A stretch of DNA of 64,000 bases from Octopus vulgaris (GCA_951406725.2 OX597823.1:18662001-18726000), one strand, 5' to 3'. Positions 13,200 through 26,819 are shown, numbered from the stretch's first letter. Notes: generated from the letters alone by a model not told the origin. Made by a program: numbers and translations.

Positions 13200-14189
13200 T
13201 TTAACTGTATTGAGAGCGACGGGTCGAAAGAATATTGGTGGAACTTAAAAATTAAAACAGCCACCAAGTTAACATGCAACTGGCCAGATATTGTTATGTA
13301 GGACCACATGAAAAGGATATGTTTAGTTATGGAAATCAGCTGCCCTCCGGACACCAACGTGGTTCGAAAAATATGAGAGAAAGAGGACACCTATGGACCA
13401 TTAATTAGGAGTTTGCAAATCTAATACTCAGGATACGCTTTCAGCTTCATATCTATAATTATTTTGAGCAACAGTATATACACCAACCCGTCTGGCGCAA
13501 AGTATGGCTGAATTTGGGTTGTTGGAGAGGGAACGCAAATCCTTATTTCGTACTCTACAAATGACCACGATATCTGGGTCTCTAAAATGTGCAAACCCTT
13601 GAGATTTAAAAGATGATGCACAAAACAATACGCTTTCTTTCACAACCTTGCTACCAAGCAGATAGCAGGTCAAAATTTGCTCAAAATTAAAAAGAGAAAG
13701 TGAAGGACATACATACATATGTTGGCTATCGATTCGCGATCGTGATGTCTACATTTTGGACCAAAATTACAGATGTAGGTTTGCAACAATGACGACGAAG
13801 GCATAGAGCAGTATCGTAAAAGAAGTACTCCAACTCTTATATATAAATGATGCATCACCGAAGGACGCACTAAATTAACCTTATGCCAAATAAATAAGAA
13901 ATGGAAATGACTCTGTATAAGGAGAATCCATTTTGAGATTATGTAACTCGGTTACGAATGCTTACATTCTTAGTTCAAATCTCTCTGGGGGGTCATCTTT
14001 ACATTTTTATCTATTTGGGCTGGTAAATTAAAGTAATTAAAGTTCCAGCCCTGTAACAAAGGTTGATTCAATCTAGAGTACACTTCTCGTCAAAATCTGA
14101 TGGTCATGCGCCTGGTAGAAGCTTGTATTATTTGTATTTATTTTTTTTATTTTCGCTTTTGTTTGCTTGTTTCTTTGAAACTAACTTGG

Positions 14190-14465
14190 GACTCTGTCGG
14201 TTACCACAACGAGGGTTCCAGTTCATCTGATTAACGGAACGGCCTGCTCATGAAATTAATGTACAAGTGGCATGCATATACCCTTAACGTTCTCAAGAAG
14301 ATTCAGCATGACACAGAATGTGACAAGGCCGGCTCTTTTGAATTACTACTCATTTTTGCCAGCTGAGTGGACTGGAGCGATGTGAAATAAAGTGTCACCA
14401 GGAATTGAACTCACGACTGTAAAGTTGTAAGCTGGATACCCTAACCGCTAAGCCATGTACATTCA
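14190..14465 (-). mobile_element. SINE with SINE C tail but a different, CORE-like central domain
   Basis: Tail matches SINE C (GCCGGCCTTGTCAC...GAACCCTCGT); centre ACACTTTATTTCACATCGCTCCAGTCCACTCAGCTG differs. Confidence 0.65.
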
Positions 14466-14548
14466 CTTCTTTGAAACTTTCCTATAATCCAATGTACCAG
14501 TATTTGTTTCTACTCACTTTGTTTCTCCGTTCTGTTTATCATTTTCAG

Positions 14549-14641
14549 GGTCGACGCTGCAAGAAGTGTTGTCTATTTATTTACGTGTTCTTCACGGTGG
14601 TGCCGTCAGTTATTGTTAAAATAGTGATCGCTGTCGCCTAA
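14549..14641 (+). CDS. Candidate terminal coding exon encoding a Cys/basic plus hydrophobic C-terminal tail
   Basis: Polypyrimidine tract, CTCAC branch-like motif and TTTTCAG acceptor; phase-0 reading GRRCKKCCLFIYVFFTVVPSVIVKIVIAVA*; no partner exons found. Confidence 0.25.
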   Translation, partial: GRRCKKCCLFIYVFFTVVPSVIVKIVIAVA

Positions 14642-15439
14642 TGGATAAACGGATTAACTCTCTGCAACAACCTGCCACCAAATGATTCTCTAAGTCCTAC
14701 CTTACATCACAATCACCACCACCACCATATCGGCAAACTGCAGTCTTGCGATGGATATGTCTGCTGCTGTTTTGGTTATCATTGTGGATTGTTATACATC
14801 GATACTGAAGATAAATGGCGTTATTTTGCAGACAAAAGATTTTTTTTCGATTGTACTTGTAATGTACGAATTGATTTATATTTTATTTCTTTTCTGAAAA
14901 TCCAAGCTTATCCAGTCTGACAGTTAGGCATTTACTCACTTAACCAAATGTACAATTACAAGATAAATTAAGAAGTCCAAACTGATGAGATAACAGTTCA
15001 CAATAATCCAAAGAGAAGTCCTCAAACGAATCCAATAAATAGAAAGAGTCTTAAGGCCATTTCCGGGAATGTGCGTAAAAGTGTAGAGGTAAGACCTACA
15101 CACTTTTGAACTTCGGTAATCTTCGGTAATCTTCGGTAATGAAGACACTATGGAAGTGGCGGTAATTCCTTGTTAACGCACCTTATACACCGACCATCGC
15201 AACGCAATGTCTGCTACCTATTTGTGGCTTCAAGAAACCCGAATTTTGATTGGTGCTTGAAGAAAATTGACTCAAGAATTTTACTGTCACATCCAACTTT
15301 AAAGTAACAAAGACTTGTACGGCACAAATGCCAGGATCCAAGACACGATGGTGAGAAACTATAAATGCTGCGCGATTCAAGTAAGAGGATCCATTTCCCA
15401 CGTCGAATCATACACACATATAAATGCGCATATTCTTTT

Positions 15440-16730
15440 ATTCGTTTGTTCTTTGATTTGTTTCACTTATTGCACTGCGGCCATGCTGGGGCACTGTTTT
15501 CAGAAGTTTAGTTGAACACATCGACCGCAACCACGTAATCTTTGTAAGTTTGGTGCTTAGTCTAGCGGTCTCTCTTACCGAACTGCATCGGTGTGGGGAT
15601 ACAAACAAACCCAAACTGGTTCAAGAGCGGTATGGGGGCAAATAACGATGCGCGCGCACACGTACACATGCACTGCCCCCCCCCCCCTTACCGCACACCC
15701 ACTCACACATACACACACACATGCATACACACATATACACGCACATGTATTTATACTTTTCTACTCTAGGTACAAGAACCGAAAGTTTTGGGGATGGATC
15801 CAGTCGATTAGATTGACCCCAGTACGCAAGTGGTACTTAATTTATCGACCCCGAAAGGATGAAAGGTAAAGTCCGCCTCGGTGGAATTTGAACTCAGAAT
15901 GTAAAGACAGACAAAATACAGCTAAGCATTTTGCCCGGCGTGCTAACGTTTCTTATTTCTTTATTGCCCACAGGGGCTAAACATAGAGGGGACAAACAAG
16001 GACAGATAAACGGATTAAGTTGATTACATCGACCCCAATGTGTAACTGGTACCTAATTTATCGACACCGAAAGGATGAAAGGCAAAGTCGACCTCGGCGG
16101 AATTTGAACTCAGAACATAAAAACAGACGAAATACCTATTTCTTTACTACCCACATGGGGCTAAACACAGAGAGGACAAACAAGGATAGACAAACGGATT
16201 AAGTCGATTATATCGATCCCAGTGTGTAACTGGTACTTATTTAATCAGCCCCGAAAGGATGAAAGGCAAAGTCGACCTCGGCGGAATTTGAACTCAAAAT
16301 GTAGCGGCAAACGGAATACCTATTTCTTTACTACCCACAAGGGGCTAAACACAGAGAGGACAAACAAGGACAGACAAACGGATTAAGTCGATTAAGTCGA
16401 CCCCAGTGCGTAATTTGTAGTTATTTAATCGACCCCGAAAGGATGAAAGGCAAAATCGACCTCGGCGGAATTTGAACTCAGAACGTAACGAACGGCAGAC
16501 GAAATACGGCTACGCATTTCGCCCGGCGTGCTAACGATTCTACCAGCTCGCGGCCTTATTTATAGGACGAGCTTCCACACAATTTCTGCTTACCAGATCC
16601 ACTCATAAGGCATTGATTGGCCCAGGGCATAGTAGCAGGCATTTGGCCAACGTGCTGCACAGTTGGAGTGAACCCAAAACCACGTGGTCACAAATCGAAC
16701 TTATTAACCACACACCAGCCACGCCTCTGC
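15440..16730 (-). mobile_element. Degenerate SINE A split by a SINE B tetramer
   Basis: SINE A tail at 15440-15640 and head at 16560-16730. Confidence 0.65.
15760..16557 (-). mobile_element. SINE B tetramer (one full head, four core units)
   Basis: ATCGACCCCGAAAGGATGAAAGGCAAAGTCG-type unit near 15845, 16060, 16245 and 16428. Confidence 0.9.
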
Positions 16731-16897
16731 CTGTGTACGTATATGCACGTAAACACGCGCAACTGAATGGCTGTTGACTCTACTGAGTTCATCGACCCTT
16801 CGTTATTATCTAAAAAGAAAAGTTGCTCTTCAAGCAAACGTGGTGGAGTTGCCAGTTTGGTCGCCGACTGTTCTGCAGGTCACACTAGCAGCAAGTA

Positions 16898-16950
<53 letters not shown>

Positions 16951-17086
16951 GCACACTCACTCTCACACACTCACATACACACACACACATACACACACAC
17001 TCTCTCTCTTTCACACACACAGCCTCACACAGACATACACACATACTCTCACACACAGAGCCTCATGAAGACACACACATACTCAC

Positions 17087-17125
<39 letters not shown>

Positions 17126-17306
17126 TACTCTCCCTCTCCCTCTCATACACACACCCTCACACATACATTTACACACATACACACATCGAGGTCAGAGATC
17201 TGATAAACAATGACCTACAGTTTGTAACCATAAAGCCATGTTTTTGCATGTATCCGCGTGTTTGAACGACTTTATGAACAAAATGAAAAACATACATAAA
17301 AGTGTC

Positions 17307-17467
17307 GGGCATGGCTGTGTGGTAAGAAGCTTGCTTCTCAACTCCATGGTTCCGGGTTCTAGTCCCACTACGTAGTACCTTGGGCAAGTGTCTTCTACTA
17401 CAGCCTCACACCGAGCAAAAGCCTTGTGAGTGGATTTGGTAGACCGTTACCAAATCCACTCACAAGG
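17307..17467 (+). mobile_element. SINE A 5' half ending in a 20-bp fold-back
   Basis: CCTTGTGAGTGGATTTGGTA (17422-17441), GACCGT, TACCAAATCCACTCACAAGG (17448-17467). Confidence 0.85.
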
Positions 17468-17980
17468 TTCCAAGATCACAGCTAAGGCTGGATCTATGGA
17501 TCTGTGTTAGGGTTCCACTATAGCAGGAATATCTTACATTAGAGGAAAACATCAAAACCAAAGCAGAACGAGGGCCGTCTGGGTAGGCAAGGTAGGCAGT
17601 GCATTCCCCGAATGAAATAGATCGTTAATAACATTTTCCTTTTATGGTAAAATATGCGCCTCATTCAATAAACTTATGAAGGTCACTCTGGTCTTTGGGC
17701 ATAAAATGCAAAATATTTTATTTCATTTATTTATTTATTCTTTTGTAGATTAGGTAGGCATAATTCGCCCTTTCCTTTCAATCTCAGTATTAAAGCTACG
17801 CACAGAACTGTTGTAGTACACATGCTGCGTACACTCCTACGACAACGTTTTCTTTACGCGCAATAAAGGCAGAGGTAAATCTGCCTCCAACTCAGTCGCA
17901 CGCCTGTGTTTCGCTTATCTTTTTCGTGTATCTTACTACATAGACGTCACCAACTGCCTACCCTGAGTAATTACTTACGG

Positions 17981-18016
<36 letters not shown>

Positions 18017-18018
<2 letters not shown>

Positions 18019-18243
18019 AGGGATATTAGCCAATTGAATATGGCTAGGGACAGGGCAGGGTGGTGGGGGTGTCACTGTTGCATTTAGCCCCAGGCGAACA
18101 TCAACGTCACCAGATAGGCCTGACGCCATCACGGCCTCCTCTATCTTGCAAATGGAGATCACTCACCAAGAAGCGGACACCACACACGGACCTATATTAT
18201 GGAGCAGTCACTGTCTATATCTCTTTTAGAGAATTATTATTGC
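18017..18243. mobile_element. (TA)n-embedded element with internal inversion (same family as 47476-47707)
   Basis: Both copies start TAAGGGAYATTAGCC and end ...AGAGAATTATTATTGC, flanked by (TA)n. Confidence 0.85.
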
Positions 18244-18464
18244 TATATATATATATATCGCCTTAAAAGATTTTAGTCGAAGAAATCGACCCCAGGACTT
18301 ATTCTTTGTAAAGTATTTATTCTATCAGTCGTTTTGCCGAACCGCTAAGTTACGGGGATATATAAATACACCAGCATCGATTGTCAAGCGATGTTGGGGG
18401 GGGGTACAAACACAAACACACAGACACACACATAAATATATACATATACACACACACATATTCT

Positions 18465-18946
<482 letters not shown>

Positions 18947-19023
18947 GTATACACGCACACAAGAGTGGGAGACAAAGGAAAGAAGCGTGCTCAACGCATT
19001 TATTGTTATTGGGAGCTACATGT

Positions 19024-19179
19024 ATGGACCACAACAGTCTGATTCAAATTCCTTGCTACTTAAATTTCCAAAGCATGATGTTGATCCTCAGTCATAGGAA
19101 GTTTCCAATGGCAGAGGATGAACATCAACCTTTGAAACATTAAGTAGAAAGGAATTTGAATCAGACTGCTTTGATCCAT
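19024..19179. repeat. Diverged fold-back with hammerhead-like motifs in both arms
   Basis: Arms 19024-19100 and 19103-19179 are diverged reverse complements sharing AAGGAATTTGAATCAGACTG. Confidence 0.85.
19049..19100 (-). ncRNA. Type I hammerhead ribozyme-like motif
   Basis: TTCCTATGA-CTGAGGA-TCAACATCATGCTTTG-GAAA-TTTAAG-TA-GCAAGGAA; GUA triplet, palindromic TTAA loop III, imperfect stem I. Confidence 0.6.
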
Positions 19180-19254
19180 TCTTTTATTGTTTTATTCTTT
19201 TATTTGTTTCAGTCATTTTGACTGTGGCCATGCTGGAGCAGCACCTTAAAAGAG

Positions 19255-19433
19255 AATGTTTGCCGTTACGTTCTGAGTTCAAATTCCGCCGAGGTCGACT
19301 TTGCCTTTCATCCATTCGGGGTCGATTAAATAAGTACCAGTTACGTACTGGGGTTGACGTAATCGACTTAATCCTTTTGTCTGTCCTTGTTAGTCCCCTC
19401 AATGTTTAGCCCCCTGTGAGCAATAAAGAAATA
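19255..19433 (+). mobile_element. SINE B monomer, 5'-truncated
   Basis: Core unit plus ...CAATAAAGAAATA tail. Confidence 0.85.
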
Positions 19434-19678
19434 TATGTGTGTGTGTGTGTGTCTACAGATACACCTAGTGGCGTAGCTAGAGAGTGTGTGCCACATAGGG
19501 CAGTTCTTAAGTTTACTTCTCCCCTACGCTGGGGCCCCAAGTCTATACAGGCTCGTACAGCAGACTCAAAAGGGTCGCCGACATAAAAGCTTTACCTAGG
19601 TTTCACTGTCCGCATCTCCCCCTCTTATCTATGTCACTGCATTCACATGTACATACATACGTAGATACATAAATATAT

Positions 19679-19796
<118 letters not shown>

Positions 19797-19940
19797 GTTT
19801 CTTTATTAGCCACACAGGGCTGAACACAGACGGGACAAATTACAAAGAAGAGCTTTTCTTTTTGGGGAGCAAAAAAAAAAAAGTGGGGTAGGTTTTCGAT
19901 CAAAAGGGATCGTAAAGAAAGAAAAAAGCGAAAAAGAAAA

Positions 19941-20013
<73 letters not shown>

Positions 20014-20701
20014 GATTTATGCTTCTATATGTGTGAGGGTATATGTATTATGTATGAATATATACATGTATGAATAGGTGTGTGCATATGTGTGTAAATA
20101 AGCGTGCATGTGCAAGCCTTTGTGGGGTTGTGCGTATGAGTGTGTTTGCGTATGTGTATATGTGTGTGCGCATGCGTGCCAGTGTACGTATGTTGAGTGT
20201 GCTAACAGCAGAACAACAAGCCTATAGCCGTTCTGACGCCATTGAATGGTTCACACAATAAAACACAGACGAGAACAGAACTAGGAAGACACAATTATTT
20301 TCCATTAAAATGTTATAGATGGCCTGTGTTAACTGTTTTAGCAAACCTGAATCATTGTTTAGTTGCTTTCAGTTATATTTCAGAGTGTAATTAGCCATGT
20401 TTTTATGGTCTGTTGTGTCAGGAAGTTTACATTAGACATAGAGCTGTAGCTTTGACGAAAATAAAGAGTCGACAATAAATGGTTTGCATTATTCGGATAT
20501 TTTCGCTTTGACCGTTCTATGGTTACAATTGGTAATAAATAGAGGCGATATTCTTAGAAGGACGGATAGAATGGAGATGTGACTGACTGTTAGCAGCAAC
20601 AATAACAAAAATAACGACGATTAATAACGGTTTCAGATTTTGGCGTGAAGACAGCAGCTTCCGATCCATATTGTCAAGTGGTACATCATTTTATCGACGA
20701 A

Positions 20702-20932
20702 GGCGGCGAGCTGGCAAAAACGTTAGCACGCCGGGCGAAATGCGTAGCCGTATTTCGTCTGTCGTTACGCTGTGAGTTCAAATTCCGCCGAGGTCGACTT
20801 TGCCTTTCATCCTTTCGGGGTCGATAAATTAAGTACCGGTTACGCACTGGGGTCGATGGAATCGACTTAATACCTATGTCTGTCCTTGTTTGTCCCATCT
20901 ATGTTTAGCCCCTTGTGGGTAATAAAGAAATA
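20702..20932 (+). mobile_element. Full-length SINE B monomer with 18-bp TSD
   Basis: TSD GGTACATCATTTTATCGA at 20680-20697 and 20933-20950. Confidence 0.95.
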
Positions 20933-21006
20933 GGTACATCATTTTATCGATCCCTGAGAGGATGAAACACAAAGTTGACAATGGCGAGATTTGAACTTAG
21001 AAAGTA

Positions 21007-21410
21007 CAGGAGTGGCTGTGTGCTAAGTAGCTTGCTTATAAACCATATGGTTCCGGGTTCAGTCCCACTGCGTGGCATCTTGAGCAAGTGTCTTCTGCTA
21101 TAGCCTCGGGCAGACCAAAGCCTTGTGAGTGGATTTGGGAGACGGAAACTGAAAGAAGCCCATCGTGTATGTGTGTGTGTATGTGTGTGTATGTGTGTGT
21201 GTGTGTGTGTGTGCGTGCGTGCGTGTGTGTGTGTGTGTTTGCCCCCTCCCCAACATCGTAACTTGGCGGTTCGGCAAAGTTATCGATAGAATAAGTACTA
21301 GAATTGCAAAGAATAAGTCACGAGGTCGCCTTGCTCGACTACAGGCGGTGCTCCAGCATGGCCGCTGTCAAATGACTGAAATAAATAAAAGAATAACAGA
21401 ATAAAAGAAT
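21007..21410 (+). mobile_element. SINE A
   Basis: Head, internal (TG)n and tail all present. Confidence 0.9.
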
Positions 21411-21957
21411 AATGAATAGGAGGAAATGCCGCTAAGCATTTTGTCCGACGCACTGACGATTCCGCTGTTAGAAACAGCAGTCAGGAACTCTTTCAATGGA
21501 CTAACACAAGCAAAAACAAAGAGGGGGAGAGGGATAGAGAGGGATAGAGAAAGGGAGAGGGAGAGGGGGAGAGAGAAGGAGACAGAGGGGGGAGGGAGAG
21601 AGAGATAAGAAACTGAGTTACTAGATATATTTCTTCTACTCTAGGCACAAGGCCCGAAATTTTTTGGGGGGAGGAGAGGGACCAGCCGATTAGATCGCCC
21701 CTTCTCCAGTAAGCAACAGGTACTTAATTTATCGATCCCAAAAGGAGGTCATAGATCTGCTCTGCTCGATCCAGGTTGACCTGGGGCTAAAAGGACAATA
21801 GTAACGCCTACAATATAATCAGCAGCAGCAACTACAACAACAACAACTACAATGTTAACGACCTAAGTGTTATCAATAGCAACAACAACAACAACAATTA
21901 TACTTATCAGCAACACATATCAACCACTACTGCCTAATCGTCATTATCATCATCGTC

Positions 21958-21971
21958 GGTAGTAGTAGTAG

Positions 21972-22005
<34 letters not shown>

Positions 22006-22073
22006 AGTAGTAGTATAGTAGTAGTATAGTAGTAGTAGTTGTTGTTGTTGTTGTAGTAGTAGTAGTAGTAGTA

Positions 22074-22108
<35 letters not shown>

Positions 22109-22310
22109 TAGTAGTAGTAGTAGTATAGTAGTAGTAGTAGTAGTAGTAAAGTAGCAGTAGTAGTAGTAGTATAGTAGTAGTAGTTGTAGTATAGTAGTAG
22201 TAGTTGTAGTATAGTAGTAGTATAGTAGTAGTAGTTGTAGTAGTAGTTGTTGTAGTAGTAGTAGTTGTTGTAGTAGTAGTAGTTGTTGTAGTATAGTACT
22301 AGTAGTAGCT

Positions 22311-22343
<33 letters not shown>

Positions 22344-22410
22344 CCAACATAATGACAACCACCACCACTACCACCACCACTACCGCTACTACTACCGCTG
22401 CCACTACTAC
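21958..22410. repeat. Compound (TAG)/(TTG)/(ACC) microsatellite
   Basis: Interrupted trinucleotide runs. Confidence 0.9.
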
Positions 22411-23213
22411 GACCATTACGGCGATGGCGACGATGACAACAGTTACAACAACGCCAAAGCATATAAAAGGACAGCTCACGGCAAACAATGTGACCTTCCT
22501 GCTGGATAAGCTAAAAATGTGTCGTTTAAAAGTATTTGTGTTATCCATTTTTTCTGTTTGTTTATTCCCCACCTCTCTCTCTCTCTTTCTTTCACCGTTG
22601 TTTATAAATAAATAGTTTACAGAATATATCCCACTCGTAATTTGTGTTGGGACCACTCCTTTTTATTATCTGTCCATTGAAAAAAAAAAAATCTCACCGA
22701 TTTTGATATCTGATTACATTATTATCAAGGAGTTATTTTTGACTCATATCAAAACATGCCGCTCTCTCTCTCTCTTTTTAGTATTTTCGTGCTTCTTACA
22801 AACACCACGCGAAACCAAGGACAGCTGGAGATTTCCCTAACAATGCAGCGTCTATTTCGTTTAATAAAATTTCTTCTTCGTTCATATTTCAGCTCTTTCT
22901 TCCACATTTCCTAAGCCATACCCATGATGGGACATTCTCTGCTTTCTCTTTCTAATACACCAATCATTGCTCTCTTTCTTATTCAGTCGGACAACAGTAT
23001 ATTCTCAATGAACTTATATAGTCGATAGCGTGTGTTCTCAGCGAACTTTCTATTCCGAACTATCCTATTAAAGCAGAAGCGGAGATAAAGTCCGTTTGTC
23101 CAAGACCGAACTTGCTAGTCATATGAGATTTTATGACGGTAATACCTCGCCTCTCTCTTTGTCCCCCCCTCTCTCTCTCGATATATATATATACATACCT
23201 ATATATATTTATA

Positions 23214-23267
<54 letters not shown>

Positions 23268-23315
23268 CCTATATATATTTATATATTTATATATATATAT
23301 ATACATACCTATATA

Positions 23316-23389
<74 letters not shown>

Positions 23390-23390
<1 letters not shown>

Positions 23391-23490
23391 CTGAACGAGG
23401 TATAGACAGTAACTGCACGACAATGTGAAGTATATTTGCCATCTAAATATGGCTAACCACTAAGGATGGATGTTACTGTAGCTTGTTACG
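23390..23490 (+). mobile_element. Diverged relative of the 18017/47476 family adjoining (TA)n
   Basis: AACGAGGTATAGACAGTAACTGC...GCCATCTAAATATGGCTA...TGTTACTG aligns with the minus strand of 47593-47700. Confidence 0.6.
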
Positions 23491-23659
23491 TATTTGTAGT
23501 TGCTTCATGCAGGCATAGAGTGAATTCGATCCTTGATTGCTAAATTTCACTTAACAGTTCAACACCGCTTTTCTCATAGTAAAACAATAGTTTTTCTGTG
23601 AATGACAGCAGTTAAATATTTTCCAGATGCTTTCGCTAAGCAGAATAATCTCTTTTCCC

Positions 23660-23790
23660 CTCACCAACCTCCGACAACCTCTCTCACCAGTCTCCGACAA
23701 CCTCTCTCACCAGCCTCCGACAACCTTTCTCGCCAGCCTCCGAAAACCTCTCTCATCAACCTCCAAACAATATCTCCCTCCTCCAGCTGA
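23660..23790. repeat. Minisatellite, ~22-bp unit CTCCGACAACCTCTCTCACCAG, 5-6 copies
   Basis: Direct tandem repeats visible. Confidence 0.85.
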
Positions 23791-23894
23791 CAGTTTTATG
23801 TACTTTTTCGTGACGGAAAATACACCTTTTCTGGCAGTTATAATGAAATTGCTTTCTTATATCTTAGTAATAAGGTAATAAGGTGTTTCAATAG

Positions 23895-23960
<66 letters not shown>

Positions 23961-24053
23961 CATACACATAATATATATTCTTTTATTTTTTTATTCTTTT
24001 ACTTCTTTCAGTCATTTGACTGCGATTGGAGCATCGCCTTATTTTTGTATATA

Positions 24054-24089
<36 letters not shown>

Positions 24090-24339
24090 TGTATGTATGT
24101 ATGTATGTATGTGTGTGTATGTATGTATGTATGTATGTATGTATGTATGTACGTAAGTACGTACGTACGTATGTATGTATATATGTATGTATGCATATAT
24201 ATATATATACATGTATGTATGTATATATGTATATACGTACATACATATTATACACACATATATGTGTATTTGTGCGTGTACATGCACGAGCGCGTGTGTG
24301 TATGTGCGGTGATTGCAGAAAAAGACCATCTCTTCAATT

Positions 24340-25730
24340 TGTTAATACCATCAGATCTCATATGACCAGCTCTTGACAAACAAACACTACTGCAGATGTT
24401 ACAAACAGTTTTTCAGGCGGAAAAGTGTCTGGAATTGAAAATCAAGTCCTGCTTACGAAATGCTCGTTTCAAGATGGATTGTGCGTTTGTTCGTGATTCA
24501 AATGCTTTGCGATCTTCTAAGATCGCTTCTTCCCAAACCGACCGATTTTCCATCATTTGCTTCAAGTTTTCAACATTCGCACTAAGAGTCTTAAAGTTGC
24601 TTTTTGATGACATCCTTAAAATGTTTTTTGGGTTTATATCTTGGACGTTCATCAGGTTGCAACTGCCCATAAAACAACTCCTTAGGCAACCTGTCATCCT
24701 CCATCCTAGTAAGATGCTCAGCCCAACTCATCTGATTGCGTATGAGGTGTATTTCAATACTGGATGAGTTGGATGGCGGCGAGCTGGCAGAAACGTTAGC
24801 ACCCGGGGCGTAAAGCTTAGCGGTATTTCGTCTGTCTTTACGTTCTGAGTTCAAATTCCGCCGAGGTCGACTTTGCCTTTCATCATTTCGGGGTCGATTA
24901 AATAAGTACCAGTTGCACACTGGGGTCTATATAATCGACTTAATCCGTTTGTCTGTCCTTGTTTGTCCTCTCTGTGTTTAGCCCCTTATGGGTAGTAAAG
25001 AAATAGGTATTTCGTCTGTCTTTACGTTCTGAGTTCAAATTCTGTCGAGGTCGACTTTGCCTTTCATTCTTTCGGGGTCAATAAATTAAATAGCGGTTGC
25101 GTACTGGAGTCGATCTAATCGACTGGCTTCTCTTAGACAAGCCCTGTGCCTAGAGTAGAAAAGAATACCGGATGAGTTGGTTTACTGAAGACCAACAGTG
25201 TCAGGTTGTTAGAGATTACCATTAAATGTTTTAGATCCTTCTCAGACAAGCTTGATTTTACGACAATATGTAATCCAAATCTCAGAAGAGTTCAAAAGGA
25301 CAGTTATAATGCATGGCTCACAGACGCTGAACTTGATTTTAATGGTGACGCTACAGTCAGACCACACGCGATTTTCGAGCCTTCCAAATGCTTTGCTGGC
25401 TTTTTCAATCCTAAGGTTTATATCAGACTCAAGAGATTTATCTCTAGAGATGGATCTCTGTCGTGGCAGACGAAAGAGCCGACCATATTCGATCTTGTAC
25501 TCAGGGTGAAGATGTTAGGTTCAACATGGGGTTGGTTTGATGGTAAGCCCAAAAGTAGCGTATGCTCTAGAGAAGAGATCTATTATAGCATGTGTGTTTT
25601 CTTCGGTATGAGAAACAAGAACTACATCGTCAACATAAAGGAGCTCACGACGAAGGACCTAGAAAGTGTTCGATTTTGCGTTGACAATGTTACATCAAAG
25701 ACCACAATTATAGATCTGAAAGGAAAGTAG
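24340..25730 (-). mobile_element. RTE-clade LINE RT/C-terminal fossil, interrupted by SINE B
   Basis: SIEIHLIRNQMSWAEHLTRMEDDRLPKELFYGQL...KPKKHFKDVIK; frameshifts; RT-like sequence continues to about 25730. Confidence 0.85.
24775..25163 (+). mobile_element. SINE B dimer with 17-bp TSD
   Basis: TSD AATACYGGATGAGTTGG at 24756-24772 and 25164-25180. Confidence 0.95.
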
Positions 25731-25905
25731 ACGCCGATATCGCCACACACACACGCACAGACACACTCGCGCGCACACACACAACACAAGTATATATAAA
25801 TGTGTGTGTGTAGTAATGAGAGGGAACGTAATGATATTGATTATGAATAGCAGCAACATGAACGGAGATATATCTCAGAGGAGCGTTCTGTATGCTATAT
25901 ATCAC

Positions 25906-26208
25906 GTGATCACGTGACCGACCAGACCGTCAGATGTTGTTACACATCGCTGGTCACAATGCGTTCGCATTGTTTTAGCCTTCGAATGACGCCACCTCGC
26001 TGGCTAAGCGAGCAGGCCAACAGACGAAAGAGTGAGAGAAAGAGTGGTGAAAGAGTACAGCAGGGATCACCACCCCCTGCCGGAACGTCGTGGAGCTTTT
26101 ATGGTGTTTTCGCTCAATAAACACCACACAACGCCCGGTCTGGGAATCGAAACCGCGATCCTACGACCGCGAGTCCGCTGCCCTAACCACTGGGCCATTG
26201 CGCCTCCA
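25906..26208 (-). mobile_element. SINE C head and body with alternative tail
   Basis: Head same as 34676; beyond CTTTCTCTCACTCTT the tail is unrelated. Confidence 0.85.
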
Positions 26209-26210
26209 TG

Positions 26211-26336
<126 letters not shown>

Positions 26337-26819
26337 TGGTAGAGTCTCACAACAGATGCTTGTTTTCATGGCATCTTGGGTAAATGTCATTTTCTGTAAC
26401 CATGGGTGGATCGATACCTTGTGAGTAAAACTGAATGAACAGAAACTAATTCAAATAATACAACTTGTCACACAATGTCACTTTGATTCTGTCTGAGAAT
26501 TACGTTAAGAAGGGCACACGCGTCTGTGGAATATTTAATTAGCTCACCTAATTGTTATCGACAACATCTACGCAACAACGATGACAATAATATAACCATT
26601 GTACGTAAAAACAACAACTGCATTGTAATTAGTCACAGAGTTACAAATTCTGTTGTGACTTGGCCTGCTCGAAATAGATAAACCACCTTCAAATCACACC
26701 ATACTGTCTTTAAAAAAGCTAAGACATTGTATAGTATAGTCTTACATTTATTAAGTCTGGAATCATTTTTACATGGTCGCTGTTGGAACGTCTTTGATCA
26801 TACGATCAAAGCTAATGTA

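Larger units (their letters stand above)
11795..13615 (+). mobile_element. Decayed R4/Dong-like RLE non-LTR retrotransposon, interrupted by a SINE and a MITE
   Basis: FEGSLHAVQDQEIPT; CCHC knuckle CMLCKTKTEDINHIIANC followed by RHD; PD..E endonuclease NWPDIV...MEISCPPDTN...EKEDTYGPL; terminal LQMTTISGSLK; several stops. Confidence 0.9.

Noticed and set aside
15760-16557. Regularly spaced repeats resembling a CRISPR array
   Set aside because: Units are about 185-215 bp SINE cores with homologous, not unique, intervening sequence; eukaryotic context and no cas genes
17572-17965. Possible hAT-like MITE (AGGGCCGTC...GGTAGGCAG / CTGCCTACC); similar lone ends at about 19467 and 42855
   Set aside because: TIRs too degraded and no TSD could be established
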